NCBI RefSeq assembly: GCF_009914755.1
Contig: NC_060926.1
DNA length: 64,000 nt
From: the human T2T-CHM13v2.0 reference genome, Homo sapiens
Strand: one strand, 5' to 3'
A model generated the notes under the pieces. That model did not search any database. It saw only the letters and a program-made list of their open reading frames with translations, and was not told the origin of the DNA. Of the stretch, positions 48,171 to 61,865 are shown one piece after another; position 1 is the first letter of the stretch; each line of letters starts with the position of its first letter. The position numbers and the translations under genes are program-made.

Positions 48171-48459
48171 AATGTTTTACCACCAGTGGTAGCTTTTTAG
48201 GCAAAATAACATTGTTATTAGATGCCTGCTTGAATATTGAACAACAGCTGCTCCATATCTACCAAATCAATGGAGCAACATTTAAAGGATTATTTCATTA
48301 CAATTTGACTCATCTTATGGCAGATGAATCACTTAGGATCTAAAGAGGGAGTAAATTAATTTTACATTTTAAAATTTTGTTTCCTACAACCAGTTAAATA
48401 AATAAAATATATCATTTCTATTTGGAAAAAAATGCAACAGTAATTATGAAAATTATTAG

Positions 48460-48608
48460 TCCTAGATGCACATTGGAATAATTTAAAAATACTGGTATCT
48501 GGACAGCCCTGGAAAGTCTGGTTCAATTGGTAAGGGGTGAGGCCTTGGAATTCATATATTCTTAAAGCATCCTAGATGATTCTAAGTGGAAACGGGTTAG
48601 GAAGTACA
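48460..48608. mobile_element. MER5-like hAT-Charlie element
   Basis: ttcaattggtaaggggtgaggccttggaattcatatattcttaaagcatcctagatgattctaa. Confidence 0.7.
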
Positions 48609-48987
48609 TGATCATTGTTCCCTCACAAAAGATACCACTCTTACAAAGTGATTACATTTGCCAGTATGTAAATTAAATAATCATTTAGGAGTTAACAAGT
48701 ATACTAAAATGAACTCCCAAGAAATTAACCACCTGGAGAAATATTACAAATTTTCTTTCTGTGATGTTTGGACTTAAAACAACAAAAAATAAAGGATTCT
48801 TCAGTGCTAATCCAGCACGTATGTGTGAGATCATGTAAGTGGTATATAAGGGTTTTAATTTATCAGACATTATTCTTTAAATTCTATGGCCTTAAATGAA
48901 TAAACCTGTAAGAATATTGTACATAAGTATGGATTACTGTCAGTTAAAATTTTTAAATGAAAAATTACTTATAAAAGTCAGAAAATA

Positions 48988-49190
48988 TATCAACAAATAT
49001 TTATTGTGTTCCCACCATGCCATAGAATCTTTTTGGCACCAAGACTATGACCATAAGAAAAACACAAATAAAAAATCTCTTTTGTAATAGTGTCTGCATT
49101 TGAGTGGAAGAGATGAACAATAAAAATCAACCAAAATGAAATAGTCTCATTTTAAAATTATGACCTCTGTCAAGAGATTCTTAATGCTAT
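48988..49190 (-). mobile_element. L2 3' fragment
   Basis: tcaacaaatatttattgtgttcccaccatgcca. Confidence 0.6.
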
Positions 49191-49247
49191 CTCATAGTCA
49201 TGCTATATTTGCCTTTTGAATTTACTCTCCTATTCTCCTAAACTATT

Positions 49248-49659
49248 TGGTATGGTTTGGATCTGTGTCCGTGTCAAAATCTCATGTCGAATGGTAATCC
49301 CCAATATTGAAGGTGGGGCCTGGTGGGAGGTGACTGGATCATGAGGTGGTTTCTAATGATTTAATACCATCCCCCAGGGTGCTCTTCTTGTGATACGGAG
49401 TGAGTTCTCATGATATCTTGTTGTTTAAAAGTACATAGCACCTCACTCCTCTCTTCCTCCTGCTCTGGCCATGTAGCACATGCCTGATTCTCCTTTGTCT
49501 TCTGCCATGATTAAAAATTCCCAGAGGCCTCTCCAGAAGTCATCATGCTTTTTGTAAAGCCCATAGAACCATGAGCCAATTAAATCTTTCTTCTTTATAA
49601 ATTACCCAGTCTCAGGTATTTCTTTATAGCAGTGCAAGAATGAACTAATAATTAATACA
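49248..49659 (+). mobile_element. MSTA 5' LTR
   Basis: tggtatggtttggatctgtgtcc...aattacccagtctcaggtatttctttatagcagtg...taataca. Confidence 0.92.
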
Positions 49660-50487
49660 GAAAATTGGTACTGGGGAGTGGCATATTACTACAAAGATAC
49701 CTGAAAATGTATAAGTGGCTTTGAAACTGGGTAACAGGCAGAGTTGGAAGAGTGTGGAGGGTTCAGAAGAAGACAAGAAGATGAGGAAAGTTTGGAACTT
49801 CCTAGAGACTTGTTAAATTGTTTTGACCAAAATGCTGATGGTGATAAGGACAATAAAGTCCAGGCTGATGAGGTCACAGATGAAGATGAGGAGCTTATTG
49901 GTAACTCAGCCAAGGTTGCTTTTGCTATGCATTACCAAAGAAGCTGAAGGCCACTGTGCCCCTGCCATAGAGATCTGCAGAAATTTGAACTTGAGAGTGA
50001 TGATTTAGGGTATCTGCAGGAAGAAATTTCTAAGCAGCAAAGGATTCAAAATGGGACCTGACTGCTTCTAACAACTATCATATACATGAGCAAAGAAATG
50101 TCCTGAAACTGGAAATTATATTTAAAATGGAAGCAGAGTGTAAATGTTTGAAAAATTTGCAGCATGGCCATGTGTTAGAAAAGCCCATTTTCAGGGGAGG
50201 AGTTCAAGAAGTCTGCATAAATTTGCATAACTAAAAGCAAGGCAAATGCTGATAGCCAAGAAAATGGGAAAAAGGCCTCAAATGCATTTCAGAGACCTTC
50301 ATGGCAGCCCCTCCCATCACAGGCCTGGAGGCCTAGGAGGGAAGACTGGTTTTATGGGCCAGAACCAGGGCCCCACTGCTCTGTGCAGCCTTTGGACACT
50401 GCTACACCTATCCTGGCTGCTCCAGCCCCAGCCATGGCTCAAAAACCAAAACTTAGGGCTTGCCTCTCTGAAGCAGTGGCCCAGGTA
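49660..50487 (+). mobile_element. MST-int (MaLR internal region), 3'-truncated, no 3' LTR
   Basis: gaaaattggtac...aaagatacctgaaaatgt...ttggaacttcctagagacttgtt...ggcagcccctcccatcacaggcc directly follows the LTR. Confidence 0.9.
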
Positions 50488-50626
50488 TTACTAGTTACTA
50501 AAGATAGTTTAGTTTTATTTTAGTTCTTCTTATTAATTCAGTTATATAGTTACTAGTTACTAGTAGTTACTGAAGATCGTTTAGTTTTATTTTAGTTCAT
50601 TTGAAATTATCGCACATGAGTAATGT

Positions 50627-50927
50627 AGTTTATAGTTATAGTTATATGGAGTCTTGCTCCGTCACCCAGGTTGGAGTGCAATGGCCCAATCTTGGCTTAC
50701 TGCAACCTCCAGCATCCAGGGTTCAACTGATTTTCCTTTCTCAGCTTCTTGAGTAGCTGGGATTACAAATGTGTGCCACCATGCCCAGTTAATTTTTGTA
50801 TTTTTTCAGTAGAGACAGGGTTTCACCATGTTGGCCAGGCTGGTCTCAAACTCCTGACTTCAAGTGATTTGCCCGCCTCAGCCTCCCAAAGCACTAGGAC
50901 TACAGGCATGAGCCACCATGCCTGGCC
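50627..50927 (-). mobile_element. AluSz/Sx-like with an atypical (tagtta)-like tail
   Basis: Alu body 50646-50927; TSD core agtaatgt at 50619-50626 and 50928-50935. Confidence 0.93.
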
Positions 50928-50982
50928 AGTAATGTCATTTTAAATATTTCAAAAAATATTTCCTTAGAAAATATGTGAAGCT

Positions 50983-51320
<338 letters not shown>

Positions 51321-51699
51321 CTATCCTGGATATTTGAAGGACCCAATGATTACTTTAAATATATCCCCAAAATCATGTAATAGAAAAAATATATGGATGC
51401 GTGCTTAAGGTCTGAAATGAGGTGAATGATAAACCAATCAACATATTATTTTCTGTTTTAAGTTAACTACAAGAGTATAGCAATAGCACCAAGTATAACT
51501 TAGTTGTCATTGGTGTTTATATTTTAAACCCTTTTATGAAATCACTTTGAGAGAAACTAGCATTTCAATCACAGCAGCTACTGTCATAAAAACTTCAACA
51601 GGTGAGACGTCTTACCCAGCTGGGATAGTACTTTTCCTCAACTACCTGCAATTATATTGCTATAAAAATCAAGCAAATGATGTAGATTTGTTCGTTCAA

Positions 51700-52090
51700 C
51701 ATCCATTTTTTTCTCCCTTCTTGCTTGCTTTTCTCTACTTGAAAACTGGTAAGCTAAGCAAAACAAAATAGAAACTAAATATCTCAGTCTCCATTGCAGC
51801 TGGGTGTGGTCATAGCTGTATTACTTATTTTTGGCCCATAAGATGGAACTACTTTGTGCTGTTTCTAAAGCTTACTCCTTCTTCCCTAAAACAAACGCAA
51901 TTCTTAGACATCCAGATGTTGGTGCTAAGGATGGAGAGTAGCAGCAAGCTAGAAGCGCTTGTTTTCTCAATGGCACCGTTGAGCATTACTGTCTGCCAAT
52001 CCAAAGGAATCTTGCTTCCTGAGATAAAAAATAGTTATTTGCTTACAACGCATAAATTTCTATTTGGTGCCGCCAAACAGAAATGCTTTT
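51700..52090 (+). mobile_element. Old ERVL/MaLR LTR fragment (MLT1/LTR33-like)
   Basis: atatctcagtctccattgcagctgggtgtggtcat...ctaaggatggagag...aatggcaccgttgagc. Confidence 0.5.
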
Positions 52091-52733
52091 AGATATTATA
52101 ATAATATTTTTATATCAAGTATGATTGTAGTAAAATAAATTACTTGTACATATATTCAGAATGGAACAGAGTTCTAACAAGAGTTCATTCCTGAGTTGTT
52201 TATATTAAAGATAAGATCTCTATAATAAACACATACACTCACCAGAGGCACTTTTAAAAAAAAGAGATATAATGAAACAAGAAATATTGGAAATTAGTTA
52301 ATTTGACACAGAAAAGTGTGGAATGTTGCCCAAAGAAAATTTCTATTTAAATTATCTGCAAACTTTCATGGAATCTGAAGTTGTATTAAACTTTTAGGTG
52401 AATAAATTAGGTGGTATTTTAGGAAGTTAATAGAAATGTTTAGAGTAGAAGTCATAAAATGAATAATGTGTAAGTAATAAGAAACAATATAGTAGAACCT
52501 TAAGAATCTTATAATGTCATTTTTATAAATTAATTTTTTATAATTTACTTTAAATGATGATTAATTTTTAGTCTGGATGTGATAGGAAAAACATGTAAGT
52601 TATTCATTAGTCAGGATCATTTTATTTGCAATCATTTATAGCCTGTGTGTCCTCAGTCATGCTAACTTGCCTTTGTCTTTAACATTTGTATTTTTAACCC
52701 TCAATGCACATGGATTAGGTGTCCTCTTAAAAA

Positions 52734-52973
52734 GGCAGTACAGTCTAATGGTTAAGAGCCATGCCTGTAGAGCCAAACAGACTGCTATTTGCTTGTGCAG
52801 CTATCAGCAAATAGCTTAATCTCACCAAGCCTAATATGTTTTTACAAGCAAAATTAGAATAATAACTACCTCAATGGGTTATTGTTTGAAGATTAAATAA
52901 AATATTACATGTAAGTGGTTAACCTACTTCCTGGAATGTAGTAAGTACTTAGTCAAAACAAGTGTTATTGTTA
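52734..52973 (+). mobile_element. MIR (near full length)
   Basis: ggcagtacagtctaatggttaagagc...aataataactacctcaatgggttattg...gattaaat...tagtaagtactta. Confidence 0.85.
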
Positions 52974-53749
52974 CATTAGTGATTCAAGGGAATGATTTTG
53001 CCATTCTTCCCTAGATTCCATTACTTTTTTTCTCTCATCCACAAACTTTATATTTAAAATTTCAACATGTTAGAGAAATGCATTTTTAAAAGTCATAAAA
53101 ATAGTTGTTTGACTTTTATTAAGAACAGAAAATATGTTTATAATATCTCAGATGAAAAAATAATTCTATAGTGCCAAAGTATCGATTAACATGGGTATAG
53201 AACCTTATATGTATTGTCACTATCTGAAAACAGAGATTCTTTCCAGAATGTCAAAGTGTGGGACAATTTGATCCAGAACAGGCAAGGATAGTTATCTTTT
53301 TGAAGTCTTTGGCAGTAGTTACTGGCTGAAACAAGGCACCAGCAGAGATTAGTCTAGTCTGGCATTGGAGCTTATGCAGTACTGGATCCATGAAAAAATT
53401 GTAAGTTTATATACAATGTTCTGGTTCACTCTGTTCAGATATTTATCAATGAGTAGGATTGCAGAAGAGGCACTGAGTCAGGAAAACAAATGTCCTTTCT
53501 CTCAGCAACTATATGTCACAACTCATTGCTGTTGCTTAAAAATGTAAGAGAAGAAGAAAGAAAGAAGAAAAAATACTTGGCTTCTTTCTTTTATCTCTTC
53601 ACAGAAACAAAACCCACTGAATTGCTTCCCATCTTCTTTTTTTCCTCTAAATTTTCCTTTCTGACTAGAAACTGAGATTGAATTGCAAAATCAGATTTAT
53701 ATGATGTTACTACTTGGTAAGAAAATTTTGTGTATCTGAAAATCCATAG

Positions 53750-56700
53750 CAACATTCCTCTCTCATTCCTGTGATTAGTAATTTGTGTCTTCTCTCCTTT
53801 TTTCTGGATTAGTCTGGCTAGAGGTAATGTACTTTGCCCTGAAACCTATTTTGTGTGATATTAATATAGTCATTTCAGTTGTCTTTTTAAATAAAATTAC
53901 AGCATAGTGTATCTTGTTGCTTCCTTTTACATTAAACATGTTTGTGCCTTCATTTTGACATCCCAAAGACCCAGTTTTGGGGTTAATTGATATTCCCAAT
54001 TATTTTTCTGTTTCATTGATTTCTACTCTAATATTTATTATTCTCTTTCTTTTGCTTACTTGGACTTTAATTTGCTTTTCCTTTTCTAGTTTCCTAGGAT
54101 TGGAGCTTAGATAATTTAAATTAGAACTTTTTTCTTTTCTAATAGGTGTTTAATTCTATACATGTCCTGCTTTAGTTCTACACAAATTTTGGTATGTTGC
54201 ATTTTTATTTTCATTCATTAATAAAAATCTTTCTACTTTCTCTTGTGATAATTTATCTGTCCCATGGGTTACTCTGACATCTGAGAAGTGTGTTTAGTCT
54301 TCAAATACTTGAGGATTTCTACATGACATTCTGTTGCTGATTTTTCAGTGTTATTCTCTGTGGTGACAGATTATATGTTGTATAGTTTTAATCCCTTTAA
54401 GTTTATGAAAATATATATTATGCCCTAGAATATGATCTATAAAAATAAATATTATGGGTGCACTTGAAAAGAATGTACTTTCTACTGTTTGAGGGAAAAG
54501 TATTCTGTAAATGTCAGTAATGTAAAGTTTACTGATAAAGTTGTTTAAGACTTTTATCTAATTAATGAATTTTTCTCAACTTGCTTCATCAAATATTGAG
54601 AGTGACTGAAAAATAAAGGAAGAGGCAAATCCACAATCATAGTATATCTTGTTCCATCTTTTAACTTTAAACATACTTTAAATTATACTTGTGGATTTAT
54701 CTTTTTCTCCTTTTAGTTCTATCAGATTTGCTTTATTTGTTTGGAAACTTTATTATTGGAAACATAACCATTTGAAATTATATGTCTTTTTGATAAGTTT
54801 ACCTCTGTCATTATAATGTTGTTATAACATTACCCTGTTTATACCTGCTAATGTTCTTTGGTCTGAAGACTATTTTCTGTGAGATTAATATAGTCAATCC
54901 AGTTTTTTTTTTTAATTAGAGCTAGCACAGTATTTTCTTATTACTCCCTTTTACTTTAAATGTATTTGTGCCTTTATAGTTAAGGTTGGATTCTGTAGAC
55001 AGTATGTATTTGGATCTTCTTTTTGTTTTCCTAATCTGATGATCTCTGCTTTTTAATTGGGGTGTTTAGGCCATTTATATTTAATGTGATTATTGACATA
55101 GGTTTGAATCCATCATATTTCTATTTGTCTTCTCTGTTCCTTTTCCTCTTTTTCTACCTACTTTTGGATTATTTTTATAATTTCATTTTGTCTCATGTAT
55201 TTTTCTTATTGCTCTATATTTTTTGTTCTTGTTGCTAGTTTTGTTTTCTGGTTATTATTATAATTTTGAGTTTGTAGTATACACATTTAAATTAAAGTCT
55301 CCCTTCAAATAATATACAACTTTACATATAGTATGAAAATTTTACAATATACTTCCATTTTTCCCTCCTTAGAACTTTCTCCTATTGACATTCATTTTAC
55401 TTCTGTCTGTTACAAATGTTGCAATATATTATTATTATTGCATTAAACTGTCAATTGTTTTTTAAAGGCACTTTTCAAATAAGAAAAATGTCTTATGTAT
55501 TTGTCTCTATATATACGATTTCTGGTACTTTTTATTTTTTTATTGCATCTGGATATTACTGTGGCATCATTTTCCTTCTGTTTGAAGACATTTCTTTAAT
55601 ATTTCTTATGGTTTTGTTCTACTGGTGCTGAAAATATTAGCCTTTGTGTCTGAAAGATATTTTCATTAGTTATAAAATTCTAGGTTGATTTTTTTTTCAT
55701 TCAGCCTTTTTAAAATGCTGCTACACTGTCTTCTGGTTTCATTGTTGCCTATGAGAAGTCTGTGGTCATCTCTCTCATTATGCCTTTCCAGGTAATGTAT
55801 CTTTTCCTTCTTGCTGCTTTTAATATTTTCTCTATTATTGGATTTTGTCATTTGATTATGCTGTGCATTGTTGTCCCTGCTTGAAGTTCATTCTGCTTAT
55901 TTTTAGTATGGGTATAGTGTTCATCAAATTTTAAAACTTTCCATAATTATTTCATAATTTATCTTTTGTTTACCCCTCTCTACTCTTTCTGTAACTTCAA
56001 TTATATATATCTGAGGCCACATAACGTTTTCTTACACTCATCAGTTCACATAGTTGAGTTGTTTTTTCCCTGTGTTTTATTTCAGATAGTCACCATAGTT
56101 CTCTTTAAACTCAATAATCTTTTTTCTGTACAATCTCAGCTACTGTTAATCCTATCCAGTGTATTTTTACTTTAGACATTGAATGTCTTTATATCCAGAA
56201 GTTTAATTTTTGACTTCTTTATGTCTCCCATGTATCTTTAATGAGCTCATGTTTTTATCTACATTATTGAAAGAAATAAATATACACATATATGTAAATT
56301 AAACAATGGCTGTGTTAATATCTTTTTCTAGTAGTTGTATTGTCTCTGACATTTCTGGGTCTTTCATTAATTTTGTCTCCTCAGTGTCAGTCATATTTTA
56401 CTATTTATTGCATACCTACTAATTTTTGAATGGATATTAAACATTATAAATTTTATATAGTTGGACACTGGAATTTTATATTTATTTGGATGTTTTCACC
56501 TTTGATCTCAGACACAGTGAAATTATTTGAAGACAGCTTTAACTTTTCAGGCTTGCTTTTAGTTTTTGTTATGTTGAGCAAGAACAGCCTTTATTCTAGT
56601 ATAAATTTAGTCTTATCACCCTAGCAGTACCCTTATTACTCAATCAAATGCCCTCTTATGAATCTTTTCCTCTCTGACCATTGAAGCATAAAATATTCCT

Positions 56701-57400
56701 ATCCCTGTGTTAGAACTAGGAATTGTTTTGCATGCTACTTTGTTTATTGTTCCTTGGCCTCAGGCTTTTTTTATGCATGCACTAATCAATACAGCTAGAT
56801 AGAAGAAATAAGTTCTAATGTTTGATAGCAGAGTAGGATGACTATAGTTAAAAACAGTATATTGTAAATTTCAAAATAACTACAAGTAGGGATTTGAAAT
56901 GTTCCCAACACATAGAAATAAAAAGTGCTTGAAGTGATAGATATCTTTAAATACCCTGACTTGATCATTACACATTCTATGGGTATAGCAAAATATCACA
57001 GATACCCCATAAAATGTACAAATATTATGTATTGATAAAAAATGTTAAAAAGAGATCAGTGAAGTCTAAAGTGGGACCCTCTGAAGATGTCCAGAGCCCT
57101 CTATTTGTGAAACTCTTTACTCCAGTGCCCTGTGTTGTGAATGCTAGCTCTCTTGACTTCTTCAAATGCTCAGCATTAACTGCTGGGATCTGTTTGGGTT
57201 TCTTCTCCTACTTGTGTCTTGGAAAATATCTGTATACCATAAATTGGTTCAACTATATGACTCACTTTATTTTCTCTGGAGTCATTGCCCTATGTTGCCT
57301 GTTGTACAATGCCTGAAGGTCATTATTTTATTAGTTTTATCTAGTTTTTCTTAGTTATTTAAGACTGAGGGTAAATATGTTCCCTGTTTCTTCATTGTGT
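53750..57400 (-). mobile_element. Ancient L1M 5' half (EN region, ORF1, 5'UTR), rearranged and interrupted by an L1MA 3' end
   Basis: agtctggctagaggt, gcacttgaaaagaatgt, ttttaattggggtgtttaggccattta, taaaattctaggttga (ORF1 C-terminus), tgagaagtctgtggtcat. Confidence 0.8.
56790..57045 (+). mobile_element. L1MA (L1MA5-7-like) 3' end
   Basis: acagctagatagaagaaataagttcta...gaaatgttcccaacacatagaaat...taccctgacttgatcattacacatt...aaaaaa. Confidence 0.85.
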
Positions 57401-59189
57401 TCAAAGATAAATTCACATATAAGTTTGAATCAAGAATTTATTAATGTAATAAGCCTATTCTTTATGTATTTATGTTCAAAACATCTCTGATCATGGGTGT
57501 TTTCTCTCAGATTCATTTTTACAAATTATCTATTTACCTATGTCTATAGATACAGATTATCTATTTATCTGTATCTGATTTAGCTAATAAATTACCAAAA
57601 ATTAAAAGCAAAATTATTAAAGCTAAAATTTATTGACTTTTTCTCTAAATACAATAACACATGCATTGTGGTTATCTAGTAACTAATGTAATTCATTCAT
57701 TATTAATTATTCCTGTTTCTTCTTCTGCTGCTATTTTTTCCATTATTAATTAAATGCCCCTTTAACCAATAGGTTCACTAACAACCAAGGAGTTTCTAAA
57801 TATATATATTTTTATTAAAGTTATCATTAAATCACTTCTATATGTTAAGGATTTTATAATAAAGGAACATATAACATTTGTAAATGTTTGTTTATACGTA
57901 TATTGTCCTTTAACATTATAAAAGTATTTCATATATGTACAATTAGATTCCACAGAACAGTAATTGGTGACAATAAGAAATACAGTATCCCTAACTTAGT
58001 GTTTACTTTGGCCCACTATAGTAATGTTTGTGCTTTTATAGACTAAGATTATGAAATTTTTGATGTCAAAATCCATCACTCTCTTTTCTTTGTGCAAATG
58101 GGAAAAATGTATAGTTCTAGGGTCATCATATGTACCTGATAAATGCTAGTTGAATTATTTATAGATAAATGAGTAAACACAGCAGATATGTTTTGTTTCT
58201 TTTTTAAAAACTGAAGTCCTCCAGACAGCAGACTAGGCCTCTGGTTTACCTTACCAAAACAAACATTTCCCAATTATAAGTAATGCAGTCATCCTTAAAA
58301 CAACAACCAAAAAGGAAATCACATGTGAGGAAGCTATTTTAGAACCATAGATATGAAAAGAATTGTTTCAGACTGTGTCTTTATGTACTGTATGTCTATG
58401 TAAGTGTGTGTGAACATGAGTGTATGAGCAAGAGCAAGAGAGAAAAGAAAACAAGCAGGAATAGGGGAAGTAGGAGGGAGCAGAAGATGGGAAAATGAAC
58501 TGAACAAAAGATTTTTTTTTTTACTAAGAATGTAAGAAAGAATATGTGAAAGCAGTTTGTGTATTAATTTCATGCAAATCCAAGATGTTATTATTTCACC
58601 TATAGTTACCCACATTTTAAATATAATTGAAATTATAGTACAGCGACCATTGAATCCCAACTGAATGGTTAAAATACTGGGGGATAATCCTACAAGGATG
58701 TGATTAGTTCATTGATTTCAAACTTGATGCTTTTTTATCGCAGTGCATATTATATACCGACTATAACAGTCTGATTTTTAATCCTAAATGGCTAAATCCT
58801 ATGATAAAGATTTCTGAAACTTTCCCCATGAAAAGATTATTTTGATACCATTGCTCTCTTTTATGACATTGGTCTCTCTGCTTCCCATATCTTTTCCATT
58901 ATAAGTCCTATCTTTGAACTTGAGTTAATATTTTATAAGGTAAAAAATCCATCTAGAAAATTAGGTTACTTTAATGCTTGTTCCATTATTAAAAAAAAAC
59001 ATTTTGTGACAGTGAAATACAGTGTCCATCTAGGATTCAAGTTTTGGCTTTGCTTCACACATTAAGGTATACTAGGAAATGCGCAGGGCAGAAATTAAGG
59101 GATCAGTCATTTGTCATGAATGTCTAGAATTATTTGCATTTAAAAATTGTATAGTATTTGTCATATGCTTGTTTTGATCATAATCATAC

Positions 59190-59370
59190 CCTGCCTTATG
59201 ACAAGATATACACATATTCTAAAATTACTTTTAACACCAGCATTATTATAGAACTTTCCATATATTTCTGCCTACGTCAGCTAGATTTTGAGTTCTTATG
59301 GGAGAAACTGTATCTTATACATTTTGTTAGCTCCTCTAAAAGTAATTAAATATGTATTTATAGTAGCTCT
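59190..59370 (+). mobile_element. L2 3' fragment
   Basis: ctagattttgagttcttatgggagaaactgtatctta. Confidence 0.5.
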
Positions 59371-59547
59371 CAGTATATACATATATATGGTATTTTTAAA
59401 GTGTATCTTTTGGTACTACCATATGCCAAACCTTATTCTAGTTGTTTTCATATGTACACTTTATCTCTTGTTCTACCAATTACTTTACTTACTTTCTTCC
59501 TTGTATCTTTTTAATATCTTGTATCTGTCTGCCTTTCTTCTTCCCTC

Positions 59548-60940
59548 TTTTCTAAAAATAGACTTTACAGTTAGAGCAATTTTACACTCACAGCAAAATT
59601 GAGCAGAAAATACAGTTCCCATATACCCCCTGCCCTGTCACATGCACAGCCTCTCATACTGTTAACATAATGCATCAGAGTGGTATGTTCTGATGAACCT
59701 ACGTTGACAAACAATCACCCCAAGTCCACAGTTTACATTAGGGTTAGCTCTTGGTGTTACACATTCTATAGGTTTGGCAAACTTATAATGCTGTGTATTA
59801 ACCATTATAGTATCATACAGAATAGTTTAACTGTCCTAAAAAATTCTCATTTCACCTATTCATCCCTCCCACCCACCAAACCCCTGTCAATTGTTGATCT
59901 TTTCACTACTTCCATAGTTTTGGTTTCTTTAGAATGTCATATAGTTGGAATCACACAGCATGCACCTTTGTAGATTGGCTTTTTTCACTTAGTAATATTC
60001 ATTTAAGATTCCTCCATGTCTTTTTATGGCTTAACAGCTCATTTATTTTTATTTATCAGTAATTCAGTTGTCTGAATGTACCACAGTTTATCCATTCATC
60101 TGATGAAAGACATCTCTGTTGCTTCTAAATTTTGGCAATTGTGAATAAAGCTGCTATAATCGTCTGAATTCAGGTTTTTGTGTGGATATAAATTTTTGAT
60201 TCATTTGGATAAATACCAAGCAGCCTAACAGTTGAGTTGTATGTTTACATTGTTAGTTTTGAAAGAAATTGCTGAACTGTCTTCCAAAGTGACCATTTTG
60301 CAATCTCACCAACAATAATTGTGATTTATTATTATTACACATCCTCAATAGCATTCGATGTTGTCAGAGTTTAGGATTTTGGCCATTCTAAGAGATGTGC
60401 AGTAGTAACTCAGTGTTTTATTTGCAATTCCCTAATGACATATGATGTTAAGTATCTTCTAATATGCTCATTTGTCATCTGCATATCTTCTTTGGTGAGG
60501 TGTCTGTCCAGGTCTTTTGCCCATTTTTAAAATCTGGTTGCTTTTTTTTTTTAGTGTTGAGTTTTAACAGTCATTTGTATATTTTGGATAACAGTACCGT
60601 GTTAAATGTGTCTTTTGAAAATATTTTTCCCAGTCAGTGGCTTATCTCATTCTCTTCAGCAGTGTCTTTTGAGTCAAAAGTTTTTAATGTTAGTGAAGTC
60701 CAACTTATAAATTAATTTTTACATACATTGTCCCTTTGATAGCTAAAAAATCAACACCAAATATGAAGTGACCTAGATTTTCTCCTATGTTATTCTAGGA
60801 GTTTTATAGTTTTGCATGTAACATTTAGGTCTATGAATCATTTTGAGTTAATTTTTGTGGCGAAGGTAAGATCAGTGTTTAAGATTTATTTATTTGTTGC
60901 ATGTGGATGTCCAATTGTTCCTGAATTATTTGTTGAAAAT
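59548..60940 (-). mobile_element. L1MC1/2-like LINE 3' portion
   Basis: tagagcaattttacactcacagcaaaattgagcagaaaatacagttcccatataccccctgccc...tgatgaacctac...gtttacattagggtt. Confidence 0.88.
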
Positions 60941-61049
60941 TAGTTTTTTTAATATGTAAAAATGCACTCAGGTCTACCTTAGTGCATCAAAACACTTTGA
61001 TTTGACCTGATGCTTTCTAAATCTTCAGCCAAAAGCTATTTAAAAAGAA

Positions 61050-61865
61050 ATCTCTGCTATCAGCCTCCACTTCTATATACCCTCTTATTAACCCCTAAAA
61101 TCTGGCTCACAATCTTTTCACTCTATTAAAACCGATACTGGAAGACAAAAGCTGTTTCACTTGTTCTTATAATTACATTCAGGAATTCTGAGACATGGAG
61201 TTTTACTTTCTATGTGAGCTGTGTTCTTCATCTCCTTTTCTGGTTCTTCTTCCTGTCTTCTACCCCTAATCATGGAAGTGCCAAAAATTTCTGCTTTGTT
61301 TCCATTCACTTCCTTCTCTATACTACATATGTATTTAATTGGATTTTAATGCCTTCATAACTCATTCCAATAATCACGGCCTTTCTTTTTGTCTTTTTCC
61401 ACAATTCCAGCTGCAGTAGAACATGTATCTCTGAATAATTTAATAAAAATGTTATATTTAATATATGTGGAGGAAAACTCATGATTTTCTTCTCCATATA
61501 GTATCTTCCTTTTGATTTCCCTATCCCCAGGCTTGAAACTCCACTTTTGAATATACGCTTTTCCCAAGTTTGTTGCCAAACCCAGCAAGTTGCATGGATT
61601 TTATTTCTCCAAGATTCTTGTTTCTACCACTTTGTCCCATTTATATACGTATTATTATAATCCATGTATCTGTTAAATTTCATCTGGATATTTGTAACAA
61701 CTTCTCAACTGTTTTCCCACCATTGGTCTAAACTCACTTCCATTTATTCTACACTATGGTCAAACCAATTGTCCATAAACTATAGTCCAGATCATGCCAC
61801 ATTTCTTCTACTAAAAATTCTGTTATTTGTGCTTTTGCCATTGCCCCAGGCGGCCTTTAAGCTCC
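61050..61865 (+). mobile_element. L2 fragment
   Basis: aaatctggctc...cttttcactctattaaaac...ccaggcttgaaact...cagatcatgccac. Confidence 0.55.

Noticed and set aside
49744-49947. Acidic 67-aa ORF
   Set aside because: Remnant of the MaLR internal region ORF
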